Of a stretch of 64,000 nucleotides of DNA, positions 38,097 to 51,100 are shown piece after piece. The first letter of the stretch is position 1; each line of letters starts with the position of its first letter. The translations under genes were made by a program, and so were the position numbers. The DNA is taken from NCBI GenBank assembly GCA_051294375.1, contig JBJCIZ010000207.1, positions 6,731 through 70,730 on the forward strand, read 5' to 3'. The DNA comes from Paraspadella gotoi (lineage: Eukaryota > Animalia > Chaetognatha). A model generated the notes under the pieces. That model saw only the letters and a program-made list of their open reading frames with translations, searched no databases and was not told the DNA's origin.

Positions 38097-39590
38097 AAAT
38101 AGAGGCGTGAAGAAATACAGGGACAATAATGGTATATTTCACGAAGAGTAGAAACGAGGAATGATCGCTAGACAAAATATACTGAGGGGCAGGAGGAGGA
38201 GGAAAGAAGAAGAAGAGGAGAATTGGACGGCAGGCTAAATCCTCCTCTGCGTCCCCCTTCTTGACCAAGATGTAATGTCCAGGCCCCCAATGGCGTGGCA
38301 TTACATCGTCATGCTTCCCTCTGGACTAAAAAACAAAGACAAGAACTAAAAAAAGTGAGAGAAGTCACAACTAAAACTATTGGATTTCTATCAAAGTTAC
38401 TATTTAAATAATTAAAAGTTTTATTTTTAATTTGTCACAGTCATTGACAATATTATGCCACTGCACCATGACTGATATTGATTCTTAAAAAAAGGGCAAT
38501 GGTAAAGTCTGAGCCAAAAATGCAGCAAACTTCTGGCGCAACCATGTCGTAAGTCTATTTCCATCAGTTTAGGGTAAGTATTTTTGCTTTTTCCAAAAGC
38601 TGGTTGCCTTCTTTGGTCTCGAAGAACACGTCGATGAGGGGGATATAGATATTTTCAGCGCAGGTTTGAGGGATCATGTATTCTTTCCAGGGTCCAGTTC
38701 TTTCATTTCTTGATTTTGTTTCCCATTTCTTGACCGAAGACTGATAAGAGCAGGCTTGATTTTTGTGTTGATTCTTGTTTGAGTTGATTTCTTGCAAATG
38801 AAGTTTCTCCTTGGATTTTTCCAGCTTGAGTTTTCACATCATTAGTATAGTCTTTGACAGTTGGTAGGTCGGTCTGCACTTGAGAATCAGTCTTGGCAAC
38901 ATTGGTTTGTGTTGAAACTGAATCAGAAATTTTGGGTAGTTTTGGAAGAGGAGGTTGAGTAGGGTATTTTAGTCGGAGTTGATTTATTGCAACTAGCCTT
39001 GGGTTTTGTGGTCTGGGTTGAAGCATTGACTTGAGTTGAATAGGTTTGAGTTGAGGTGGAGACAAGTTTGGGTTTTTAAAGGAAGAGGGCTACTGTGTAT
39101 TCTTTACCAAAGTAAGTAGATCCATTATATTCTTGTCCAGAATTCGTGGTTTGCATTATTAGTATGCAATCTTTTAGAAAATTCAATCAGGTTTTTCCAA
39201 GATCCAATATATTCTCCTTTGAGGTCATCAGAACTGATTTGATCTTTAAAGTTTATTGCGGCCATTTTTTGGATTAATGTTCAAGATTTAGGGTAGAAAA
39301 GGTAATTGGTTTTTCTGGACAGTTTATTTTAATTTTTTCTTTTTTTTTTTCTTTCAAGGGAAGCTAACGTTTTTCTTTTTCCCTTTTTCTTAAGAAGGTT
39401 AAAGTCCAATCTTAGCTTTCGCCATTTTTAGTTGGAGAGAGAGAGAGTTGTTTTTAGCGATCTTGTTTTTAGGTTCAAAGTTTGATGTTCAGATTTTGAA
39501 AATTCCAAGTTTTGGTTGACGAAGAGTAAAGAGAAAGGAGAAAGATATTTTGTGATAAATATTAAGTAGGATTTTGTTTCTAAAATTATG
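38097..39590 (-). mobile_element. Inverted, 5'-truncated copy of the TQT-ORF LTR element
   Basis: Reverse complement of ~35755-37197 (ORF fragments 38564-39065). Homology stops at a HINE 5' end at ~39593. Confidence 0.85.
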
Positions 39591-39592
39591 CA

Positions 39593-39760
39593 GTTTTTAG
39601 TCGGGTCTGCTTTCAGCAGATCCCGACTCTATAATTCACTTTGTCGGTCCGTCAGTCCGCCCCCTCAATATTGTCGGGCAGTCACTTATATCATGTCAGA
39701 ACATCGAATTATGATAAATTATGCAAAAAAAAAAACGATGTCCGTCTGTCCGTCCGTCCC
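39593..39760 (+). mobile_element. HINE family 1, 5' fragment
   Basis: TTTTTAGTCGGGTCTGCTTTCAGCAGATCCCGAC hairpin plus GTCC repeats; matches 42665-42840. Confidence 0.75.
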
Positions 39761-39774
39761 AATAAATAAAGGTC

Positions 39775-39975
39775 GGATATGTTTCGACTCTTGCTTTTTT
39801 GAGTCACCTGTCACCTGTCCTCACTTCTGTTCTGACCACTATCTTTTATTCAATTCTTTGTTGGAAATGAATTCTTTGTGAAACCGAAATCTGTTAAGTA
39901 AAACCGATGATGAAGATTCATAAAAGCAAGAGTCAAAACCTTTATTGTTAAATGTTAATAAAATCGTTGTTAATG
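39775..39975. mobile_element. Penelope-like pLTR fragment with an inverted partial hammerhead and a degenerate forward hammerhead
   Basis: Minus strand GACTC..GAGTCGAAACATATCC (39775-39805); plus strand GATGATGAAGATTC..GAGTCAAAAC (39906-39940), then AATAAATCGTTGTT. Confidence 0.6.
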
Positions 39976-40785
39976 CTAATTAAAACTTTTGTTTTCTTTT
40001 AAAGCAAACCTTTATAAGTAAGTAAACTATGGCAACGGGGGACATGTATGATACCCTGCTGGCGCTCAGGGCTTTGGACCTGCAGTGACCAACCCATGTC
40101 ACTGGCGTGTTTATGCTGACACCATCACACTTTAAACAGCGTGACCCACGGTTGGTGAACGAGTACTTAGTAAGGCGTAGTGAAAGTTACCTACAAAAAT
40201 TCTAAAAGTCAATTATGAACAATATACCATCAGTGAACATTAATTTGTAAAAAAATTTTTTTTTTAAATTTTCGCAGTAGGCTATATTTATACATAGTAC
40301 TACTATCCATATAATATCGAAAATTTTCAAAATAGGCTTTTCTTAATTTTGATTGCTGATTTGAATTCCTCGTCAAAAGAAAATATAAATCATTTTTAAA
40401 AATTCTTTCATTAAGTGGGTTAAAAATTTAAAAAACTATATTTAATATATAAAAAATTAATTTTCAGCTTCAAATATAGCTTTTTCTAATTTTTGACCCA
40501 CTTAATGAAGGAGTTATATTTCTTTTTATCAACTTTTTATGACGAATCCAAATCTGCAAAATAATCTTAGAAAAAACTGTTTTGAAATTTTAACATTTAT
40601 TGGTTTAAATTTTAAAATTTATTAAAAATTTTTTTTATTACATAAATGTTCATTAGTATAATGTTGTTCGTTCCTCACTTTTAGAATTTTAATTGATGCG
40701 ATAAACCTTTCGTTTTCGTTGTTATTAGGATTTAGAGAAAAACAAAGTTTTTAATTGTGGTATAACGAATTTAATTGGAGATACG

Positions 40786-40821
40786 GACATGTTTCGGCTC
40801 ACATTTCGAGCCTTCATCAGC
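40786..40821 (-). ncRNA. Minimal type I hammerhead ribozyme (Penelope-like)
   Basis: Reverse complement CTGATGAAGGCTCGAAATGTGAGCCGAAACATGTC. Confidence 0.8.
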
Positions 40822-40989
40822 GTTTGCCATAAGGAAAATATTTGTGCAAAAAGAAGGGTGTGAGAGAGAGAGAGAGAGAGATAGAGGTAAAGGTTTTCCA
40901 ACAAAGTGGTGAGACAGAATAGTGGTCAGATGAGAGAACAGGCTGAAGTTGAGGACAGATTGAGTGAGTTGTGAAAAGAAATGAAATTT

Positions 40990-41027
<38 letters not shown>

Positions 41028-41854
41028 CAACAGGGATAAATAAATAAGTATTAAAGATACATTTTGTAATGTACAACAATTTTAATTAAAGTTAAATTTA
41101 GAAATTTTACTACACCAACGCAGAGAATGGATTATCAAGTGGCTTGTCTCTCTTGGCTTCTCCGTCTTTTCTTCTGATTGACCAATCAGATTCAGAGAGG
41201 CTTCCCTCAGGAAACCGACGGCAGAGAAACGAGAGAGGGAACAGGATCTCTCTTCAATTTACCTTCAAGAAACAAACATCAAACTATGGACTATTTGTTA
41301 TACTGTTTATTGCCTGCCTTTTCTCTGCATAATCTACATATTTTGTTTGTTAATTATCATCATCCCAACGTGTTCTTATGTCAGTAAAACTCCTCCTATT
41401 TCTCACTTAATAAACCACGCCTACTTCCTTCGTTGACACACTATCATCGAAATAATTTTTTTTATCGGAATAAGGTTAGTCGATTGTACAAAAATATATA
41501 TGCCTAGGAGTCGACGTCATTTTAGAGATCGAGGAAGATTTTTTCAATGGAGATTTTCGTTCAAATCTGACTACAAAACAATATAAACGGTCCTGGGAAA
41601 AGTTCCGATAAAACATTGATGTAAAAAGACTCGATTCAGATCCTGTTGCATCTGAAGGGCTCGCATTTTTTTTCTCTTTATGATTAACCATCATTTTGAC
41701 ATCAAACCATCAGATTTAAATGGACTGGTCCGCTCAGGAAAAAATTTTCATCTCAATTTTTCTATATAAAATAAAGGGATTTCTCAACTTCATTACAATA
41801 TAAACGCATTTAAGGCATGTTGTGATTTTACAATAAACTTTGAACTCAGGAATC

Positions 41855-42139
41855 TGTGGATAAGGCGCTACGTGGGCTGAAGATGACTGTCCGTAACTTC
41901 TATAACCCCCTCTAGCAGCCATGGAACGGGTCCCTGGGCTTGGAACCAGGCTTGAGGGTTTGCCATGCCCCCAAGGCGGCTTACGGCCGTCCTCACGCTT
42001 CCCGCAGGGTAGGTACCGGGTTGGGATTGAACCCGGTACCTAGTGGTCATGAGCTGATGGCTTTATTCAATGAGCCACCGGGTCACAACTGAAAGTGTCA
42101 TGATTCTAGGCGAGTGAACCTAGGCAATGCCCGACTACA
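41855..42139 (-). mobile_element. Solo LTR of TRIM family A
   Basis: TGT...ACA termini, 285 bp, 4-bp TSD AATC (41851-41854 / 42140-42143); matches both LTRs of 24254-25021. Confidence 0.9.
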
Positions 42140-42664
42140 AATCCGATAGCCATATGTCTGAAGGGCTCTCAAAATTTTTCTTTACATTTTATTTAGTTAT
42201 TTTAATATGAAACGATCATGGTAAAGTGAATTAGTCCATTTTGGTGAAATTTTTATTTAAAGTAAAAGTAAAAGAGGAGCTAACGATCGGAATTCTAAGA
42301 GTTTTCAACCGGAAGTCAGATTCGGGAAAATTCTTCTATGGCGAAAATCTTCCAAAGAAGGGGTGGATTTTCCGAAGATTTTGGTTAATATTTTCTATAT
42401 TTATGATCGGATTTTTTTGAAACTTAACAATAGCAATATTGCCATCATTCTACATTGGCCGGTAAAAGAATATATTAAAAAAACCTCTGGCTTTTTTTGT
42501 CAGAGCTTAGTCCTAATATGCCTTTAATTAATTAGGGACTATCATCGGAAACCTCTCAAGCAATATCAGTTGTCAAAAATCATTTCTTTAGGAGACATAA
42601 GGCTTTTCTCTATTTCAGACTCACTTTGTCGAGCTATATTCCAGGAACTTTATGATGAATTTAC

Positions 42665-44660
42665 TTTTTAGTCGGATCTGCTTATCAGCAGATCCCGACT
42701 CTATGACTCACTTTGTCGGTCCGTCGGTCCGCCCCCTCAATATTGTCGGGCACACACTTATATCATGTCAGAACATCGAATTATGATAAATTATGCAAAA
42801 AAAAAAAATGTCCGTCCGTCTCTGTCTGTCCGTCCATCCGTCCGTCCCACCTTTAGCAAACTCCAATTACTCGTGATTGGATGGATGGATTGGTATGAAA
42901 TTTGTGTGTGGGTGGGAAACTGGGTGATTGAGGTGGATATGAAGTTTCGAGGGAATCGTGCGAGTGGAAATGGTTTAAATGGAAAAAACAAAAAATATAT
43001 TTCACTATTGAACGCCAATTGCTCATGAGTGGATAGGGCAATTACTTGAAAATTATTGTATGGTGGTAGGAAGTGTGTGATTGAGCTGGATTTAAAGTTT
43101 TGATTGGAATCGTAGGAGTGGAAAAGAGTTCAAATTAGAAAACCAAAAGACACATTTATTTGAATTTTTTAAAGGTTCTCTCTCTCTATCTCTCTCTGAT
43201 TGATTGATTGACCAAATTATGCCAGTTGACCAAATTCTGCAAGTTGATCAAGTTCTGCAAGTTGACCAAATTATGCCTGTTGATCAAATTATGCCAGTTG
43301 ACCCAAATTAGGCCAGTTGATCAAATTTGCATGCTTTGACCAAATTAGGCAGTTGAATAAAATTATGCCAGTTGACCAATTATGCCGGTGATCAAATTAT
43401 CTTAATTGATCAAATTATGTCAGTTCACCAATATGCAAAGTAGACCAAATATATGTCAGGTTAACCAAATTATGTCAGTTGACCAAATTATGCAAGTTTA
43501 ATTAAATTATGCAAGTTGACCAAGTTAGCTTATGACCACTTAATTAATCGATTGACTGCGGAATTTTGTATGTGAGTAGAAAAGTGTAATGTGATTGAAC
43601 AGGAAACCAAGTTTCGATGGAATTCTTTGAGTGGGAAATGAGTTTAAATGGAAAAAAACAAAAAACCTGCTTCACTAATTGATTATGATCATTTTTTTCC
43701 TTTTATATTAAATGTATTGGAGGATGTATTAATAAATCAAATAATTAATCAGTTAATTAATCAATTAGTCAATTAATTTTATCAATAATTAATCAGTCAA
43801 TCAATCCGTCCATCCGTACCACCTTAGCAAAAATCTCAATAACTCGTGATTGGCTGTTGGATTGGAATGAAATTTGTGTGTGTGGGTAGGAAATGTGTGT
43901 GATAAAGCTGGATATAAAGTTTCGACAGAATCGTGTGAGTTTAAGAGGAAAAAACATAATTCGCATTTATTAAAATATTTTTACTTATTTTAACTAATAA
44001 GTACTCTAATTAATATAAATGGATGGATATAGATTATTTCAAATTTTTTGGATGTGGGTAGAAAAAATGGGATACGATGTATGATTATTAAAGTTTCGGT
44101 GGAAACTATGTAAAATGAGTTTTAAAATTGAAAAAAATATGGAGATCACATTTATGACTCTTGTATTAGCTTATTTTAACCCTATAAATAATTGAGATTG
44201 AAATTTTGAGACGTGGGAAGGAAAGTGAGTAAAACAAATAAGTTTGACGTGATATTCTTTGCCAGTGAAATGAGTTTAAATGGAAAAACATAAGTCACAT
44301 TTACTTTAATTTTTATTATTTATGATTACTAATTTATGATTACTAATAAATGTTTAATATTAATTAATTGTGAAAAAAATGATGCAATTTAAAAAAATTA
44401 TCAAGTTGAAAAGAATGCATGCAAAAATTCAGAGCAAGTTAAAAAAAATCCTAAAAAGCATAAGGATTCGTCGCAATTGCAAAAGAGAGAGAGAGATAAT
44501 ATCAGAAAAAAAGAGCAGACAGATCGTTCCGCAATTGCAAAGAGGAAAGAGAGAGAGAAAGAGAAGACGTAAAAATGCATATAGCGCATCGTCGCATTGC
44601 TCAAATGACGTAGAAAGAGGGAGAGAGAGATAGAAAAGAGAAAGGCTGTTGCACAATTGC
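42665..44660 (+). mobile_element. HINE family 1 (DINE-1-like), 5' portion; 3' limit uncertain
   Basis: TTTTTAGTCGGATCTGCTTATCAGCAGATCCCGAC 5' palindrome, (GTCC)n, subrepeats GAGTTTAAATGGAAAA; reverse complement of ~59750-61078. Confidence 0.7.
43207..43525. repeat. ~18-bp minisatellite GTTGACCAAATTATGCCA
   Basis: Tandem degenerate units visible directly. Confidence 0.9.
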
Positions 44661-47091
44661 AAAGAGAGAGATGGAGAAGCCGAGTATAAAAATTGACGCG
44701 AATAAAAAAGCTTGTTATTTTACTTCACTGAATATGTTTTGACCAGGGATGCTGGAGGCGGTGAATGTTCGCCCCGCCTCCACTCCCCGCCCCTCCGAGA
44801 CCCCCCTCGCCTTGCGGATTTTGCGTGTCGCCTCTCATTTTTTAGCCCGGATGCTCTCCGCGTTTCGCCTCTTGGAAACGCCTTCGGCTTTTTGTTAAAA
44901 TTTATTTATATGTTTTGTATTTTGATTAATTGTTTTTTTAATTCAGATCAAGGATATGAAAAACTTTCAATTTGTTATAGTGTAAATTCCACTGGATTCT
45001 GCATTAATAATAAATTAAAATAATTATTTTTTATTTTTAAAATGTATATGTTTTTAACCCTTTTTTCAAATCTTTTTGGTAAACGAAATATGGATATTTT
45101 AAAAAACATTTTTGCCAAGACATTTTAAAAAGAGAGAGAGGAGAGAGAGGGAGAAAAAAGAAAAAAAGAAGATAGAAAGAAAAGAAAAAAAGAAATGGAG
45201 GAGAGAAAGAGATAAAGCTTCTAAAAAAGTATTAGGAAAAAGGATATTATGTGAGAATAGGGGACAAAATTTATTTTTATATGACTATTTCATTTTTTTT
45301 ATTTGACTCTTATTGCTCTGCTTCACTCACTCTTTTTTCCTCTTTCTCTCTCTTCTACTTTCTTTGTATTCTTTATTTTTTTCTATTGTCTTTTTTTTTA
45401 CTTTCCAATCAGAGACATTTGTTGTAATTTAAATTGGTTTTAAAAAATATCAATTAAAATCCAAAAATGTTTAGGTAGGTATTCCAAATCAGTAAGTTGA
45501 AAAAAAATGCCAAATCAAAAAAGATAATGTATATCAAAAAAATTAGTAAATCAAAAAAATAATGGAAGTTTTAGGAAAAAAATGATGCAAGTTTCAAAAA
45601 TAAGATGCAAATTAAAAACAATGAAATGAATTAAAAATGTGCCAGAGTTAAAAAATTAAATGCAAATTCATAAAAAAATATACAAGTTTAACAAATGGAA
45701 GCTAGTTTAAAAAAATGATGCAATTTGAAAAAAATAATGCAATTCAAAAAAATTAATATAGGTATAAAAAAAATGGCAAATTACAAAATATGATTCAATG
45801 TTAATAAAATGAATATAAATTAAAAAAATAATCCTGTTAAAAAAATTATGCCAGTGTTGAAAAAATTGATGCCAGTTAAAAAATAATGCAAATCAAAAAA
45901 ATCCAAGTTTAAAAAATGATGCTATGATAAAAAAATTATTTGATTAATAAAATCAATAAAGTAAATAAATAAATAGATAATAGAATTATGAATAAATGAT
46001 TTAATTAAAATTTCATAGGAATAAATTAACAAATTAAATATTCTTTTATTTAAAATAAAAAAAAAGAATAAATTGAGTGAATGAATGCATTAAAGAAAAA
46101 GATATAAAATATATGCTTATGTACAACTTATTAGATAAAATAGATATAACAGAACCAAATTTTTTGAATAAAAAAATATGTTAATAAAAAAACCAATGGC
46201 AGCTTGATAAACGCTTCAGAATTTACAATATCTAAATTTGAAAAAAAAAGAACAATTTTTTGGAAGCAATAGAAAGGTTTTAATTTGGCAAAGAACCTTT
46301 TGATTTTCGCCTATAAAAACAAAAAGGCACAAGAAGGCGAACGCGCAACGTTTTTTTGCGCCTCCGCATTCGCCCTCCCTTCTCCCCAATTTTTGACTCT
46401 TGTCCAAGTTTCGCCACCTCAAAAAACATGCGCCTCTGCGCGTTTTCCACTCCGCCTCCCGGATCGCGTCTGCATCTTTGGTTTTGACGCTCGTGGCGGC
46501 CGACGCGTGCGTTCCCGGCGCGGAATAAAAGTTCAACGTCCGCGGAGTACGCGGCGGACGACCATCGCGATCGAGACGGCCCAAATAATAGGGAAAAGTT
46601 TTACAACCGATTCAGTCGCGAAAAAACTAATTTGCATACTGTAAAAAAAATATGGTAGTAAATACTCTTATATTATGGTTTTATAACCGGGAGGGGTTGC
46701 CTAAACCAGTGGTAAAACAAAATGATCAAATACAGCTTTGTTAAAACTCATTTGCATAAAGTAGCTATATATTTTTTTATAATATTGTATATTCAGTCTT
46801 ATGATAATTTAAAAAAAAATTATTTCAAATAATAGCTAACTGATGTACCAATGACATGCAATGCATAAAATAAAATATTTGTTATTCTTTAATCCAAAAT
46901 TTATTTTCAACAAAATATGAAAATATGCATTTTTTTAAAAAAATGTTTTTTTAAAAATTGTAATTATGCCAACTGTCCTCGGTGCACTGATTACAAATAT
47001 ATAAATTTTTTTTAAATATGACTACTATATTATGAAATATAACCCTTCGAAACCTTAAAAAATACAGAAAAACGCCCTTAATTCAAACTTT

Positions 47092-47334
47092 AGTGGAGGA
47101 TAGTATTTTTAGTAGAAAATAATTCGACGCCAAGGTGAAATTGAAGAATTTATTTAGTGAAACATCGAAGGGGAAGAAATAATAATAATGAGGGCGAGAA
47201 TAAAATAACAATGACTTTTATATGAACTACTTTGTTTATCAAAGTAGGAATGTAAACGAGAATGGAATTTTAGGCTGAGAGAAATATTATTTACATTTTT
47301 GTAATTTACTGAATTCTTTCTCCCAATCTTCACT
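47092..47334 (-). mobile_element. LTR-like repeat (putative 3' LTR of the Gypsy element), AGTG...CACT termini
   Basis: Homologous over its full length to 63527-63770 with the same ends; the right ~140 bp are near-identical. Confidence 0.75.
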
Positions 47335-48141
47335 CGCCCATGTTACCAAAATTTCAAAACAATTAAAATAATATTTCTAAATTTGATACTATAAAAATAC
47401 TCAGGGTTAAAAAAAAATAAAATTTTAAGCCAAAATAACACTATAAATTTCACAAGGTGAGACATTAATTGTAACAGTCAATGAAATCGCGAATATATAA
47501 AAGGGAATTAATTTCAAGTTTCATTTCACATACTTTTTCAAAAAATAATTTTCATAAGCTAACAATTCTTGATTTAATCCCAAAAAAATGTTTTTCCAAC
47601 TACTTTTCTTTTTCTCGGTAAGTCGATGCTCTTTTTTTTTTATGTAAAAATTCACGTTGTCAAACTTTTTTGTAAAACAAAAGCCGTATGAAAAATGCAT
47701 TATGCAGACGAAAATAGATATTCAATGCAAAACAATTCAAATATAAAATCATAACCGACGAATTCAATTTTTTAGAATAATTTTTTCTAATGCACAAATA
47801 AGTCGTATTCGAATTGCAATAATTTTTAAACAATAATTCAAAACGGAAATAAAATATCAATTTTTTTTCTATGGAAAAAAAACAAAAAAAAACTTTTACC
47901 ATTTATCGCGAAAAAAATTATTTCAAAATTATTTCAAAATTATTTCAAAATTATTTCAATAACGTTTAACATGCAATATTTATTTTTGATCAGTTATCAC
48001 AATTAATAAAATAACTTTTTTTCTCACACATATTTAGTTCCCCCTCTCACACATTAGGCTTATCTTAACACATTTAAGCGATCTAATCGCCATTAAGGTT
48101 AAACTTTTAGGCACAATATTCTCTCCGATCTTTCAATCTAT

Positions 48142-51100
48142 ATGGTAGACACCTGCGAATCGGTAATGAATCATAGTGGAGTCGTGGTCGTTGTGCTAAA
48201 TAGGCCCAGGTACCCCTTTACTGTGACTATTACCCAATTCGTTGAAGAGATCGGCGAGGGTCTCACTGGCGGGCAGATTGTGGGAATCGCGGGCGGCGCC
48301 ATTCTTTTTCTCGTTGTCTTCACAGTGTTGGCGTGCATTTTCTGTCGCCGCTCTGGATGCCAAGTCCGGGCGGCGGCATTAAATGTCTGCCTCCCCAGAA
48401 TGCCGTCGTTTCCGGATCCTTCGAATTGCAACCTGTTGAGGCATAAGACATAAAAAAATTAATATATGTACTCTTAAGCTTAACCTATATCTCTCTTATA
48501 AGACAGGGCCTAGGGGATAGGGACCTTTTAGGACCCCTTTCTAATTGAACAATTGAGGAGGTATAACAAAATAATAGTAGGGAATAGGAGAGGTAAGGAT
48601 CCTAACTACTAATGATACAATAATCCACCCAGCTCATCATCTCTCTCGCCAATTCCGGCACACTCCCACCTTGCCGGATGAAAGTTCAATGCCCGGACAC
48701 AACAATCCGGGAAGAACTACGCCGGAGCGGTATGGTATGTATCATATGAATGTTTTTTACTCCCAACTTATTTGTAGTTGTATCCTTCTCATACCTCTCT
48801 CCCTACAGAAAGATGGACAAACGGGACACTTCTCAGTGACCGAAACTCAGGGCCACATCATCATCGGGCCCTTCGAAGAGGCTCAGACGCCTGGCGCTAC
48901 CTCCAAGAAGTTCGACGAAGTACTCGAGAACTTCAAGGAGGACTACAAGCGCCAAGCCAGCATCATAGCGGGCGACTGGGGCCTAATCGGCGCTCTGATC
49001 CTGAACAGTGAGTCCAATTATCCTAATTTCAAAAAAAATCAATATTAGTAAAAAACAGGGCCCAATAGGAGCATTTTTCCCTGTTTTGAACTTTATCATC
49101 ACTTTAAAAGGTGAAGTTCAATCAAAATTGTATAAAAAATGTATAAAAATATATTTAATATAAAACTATTTGCTTTCATTTAAAATAGGTTAAAACTTTT
49201 TAAATTTTATATTTATTATTTTATTAATTATTATTTTTCAAGTAAATGATTACTGAAAACAATCCAATCGGTTTTTTATTTTAAAAAGACAATAAAAAAT
49301 AATTTGGTTTATTAACACAAAACTATTGGTTTATTTTTAAATAAAAAATATGAATGTTGGGCCCGTGGGTCCGCAGTTAGGGTTAGGGTTGAATGGGAGT
49401 TAGGGTTGGGGGAGAGGTATGGAGTTGAACAGAAGGCCTGGTTTAGGGTTAGGGTTGGGGGAAGAGCCCGTGGGTGATGCGTTCATCCCCGTGTCTCAAC
49501 ATCAGCCGCGAGCCTCTCCTCTAACTCACTACTTTTATCACTGGCAAGGTCGCTAGTGGGGGTACTGGCGACAACGCCAGGGCCCTAGCGATATCACCAT
49601 TGCGAAGTCACCAACCAACTAGAACCTGTCTCTGAAATAAGTTTACAGAAGCAAATCTTTGACTTCTAATTTAAAATGAAAAACTTTCATCTTTTTTATT
49701 TTCTGTCTTGACCTATTAATATTTTGTTATTAAATTTAATCATCTTATCTTTTTTTCATCACTTTTGTCTTGAAAAGGATCCTTTCCAGGCATCTGAGGA
49801 TCAATAAACTTCTTGAGGCCATCTTTTGTGATTGATTTCATCATCAGCGTTACATGCAAGTCAATTTGCATTTGGTGCACTGGCTATCTGCGCATTTAAG
49901 TGTTTTTAAATCTTAGCTTATTTTGTATTTTAAAGGGGGACGGCCACAAATCTTTCGTCATTTAAGAGCAAGCTTGAAGGTAAACATTGAAATAGGAAGA
50001 TTTAATGGTAAAAATTTAAACTATTTTTAATAATAAACAAATACTGAAAATCTTGAAAAAAGATGCCTGTTAAATTAGTTAATAAAATATTTTTGAAGTG
50101 TAAACGTAAACTGTTTTATGAACTAAGGTTTTTTCTTAAAAACTTTTAAGAAATTTAATTTAATTATTAGAGAAAATTTGAGGTTCAACAACGATTTGTT
50201 TCTATTTTTAATTTTATTGAACCTCTAATTTTCACTATTTTTTAACAACTCGTGCAACAAAAAAAAAGGATTATTACAATATAATCTTTATATCTATAAG
50301 AGTAAGCTATGTATATAGAATTTTTTTATGAACAAAATAAAATTTAATATAACTAGTCACTAAACCCAAATACTAATTAGCCGAGCTAAAAAACACATTC
50401 TCTCAAGGAAATTTAACATTATTGCCCAGAGCCAAAGTTTAAAAAAAAATTTTAAACTTTGGGGGTAAAATATGGGTAAAAAAGGGAGATGAATTTGGAT
50501 ATTCTTTCAATCAAAAACCCATACTTACCTTTTATTTCATCCGTTTCAGTCTCTATCACGCGTGGCTGTTTTTTGCTTTCTTTATTTCTTTCTCTCTCGC
50601 TCTCTCTCTCTCTCTCTCTCCCGCGATTAATCAATAGTGGAGATCCTGATTATTATTATTAGTAAGAAAGTAAATAAAATCGCCGGCCGAATTCTTTAAA
50701 AATTCCAATGCCCGCTAAGAAATATTTTGCTCCCTCTGTTCAAACGCCGGTCGCAAAACGTTACCTTATTTGGAAGTATTTTTAGAATTGTTTACTTTAC
50801 AAATGTAAACCAAATTTTCTCTCTCTCGCCGTATAAAAATGAATGCCACTTTGTACAATTAGCCAATTCGATTCCATTCGCTTTTCTGATTTCAATAAAT
50901 CGATTCATCTCATTTTGTTCGCCATTTTTATCTCGACCACCTCCACTCAATATTGTTTATTATTTATTGACTCCCTATCTTTCTCTGATATCAATACTCA
51001 ATTCTGAAGCTTTGAAATTTTATTTATCAATTTTACTATTTTATCTGCAAAATTTTACCAAAATTTTTTCAAAAAATTTGTAATTTACGCTGATGAAGAT

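Noticed and set aside
37861-38301. 146-aa ORF
   Set aside because: It runs through the element's PPT and LTR into unrelated flanking DNA and is not conserved in the other copies.
42010-42084. Functional tRNA-Met gene
   Set aside because: Acceptor and anticodon stems pair poorly and the sequence is embedded in an LTR; treated as a tRNA-derived module.
49376-49460. True telomere or chromosome-fusion site
   Set aside because: Only 2-3 perfect units per tract, intronic; more likely part of a repeat element.
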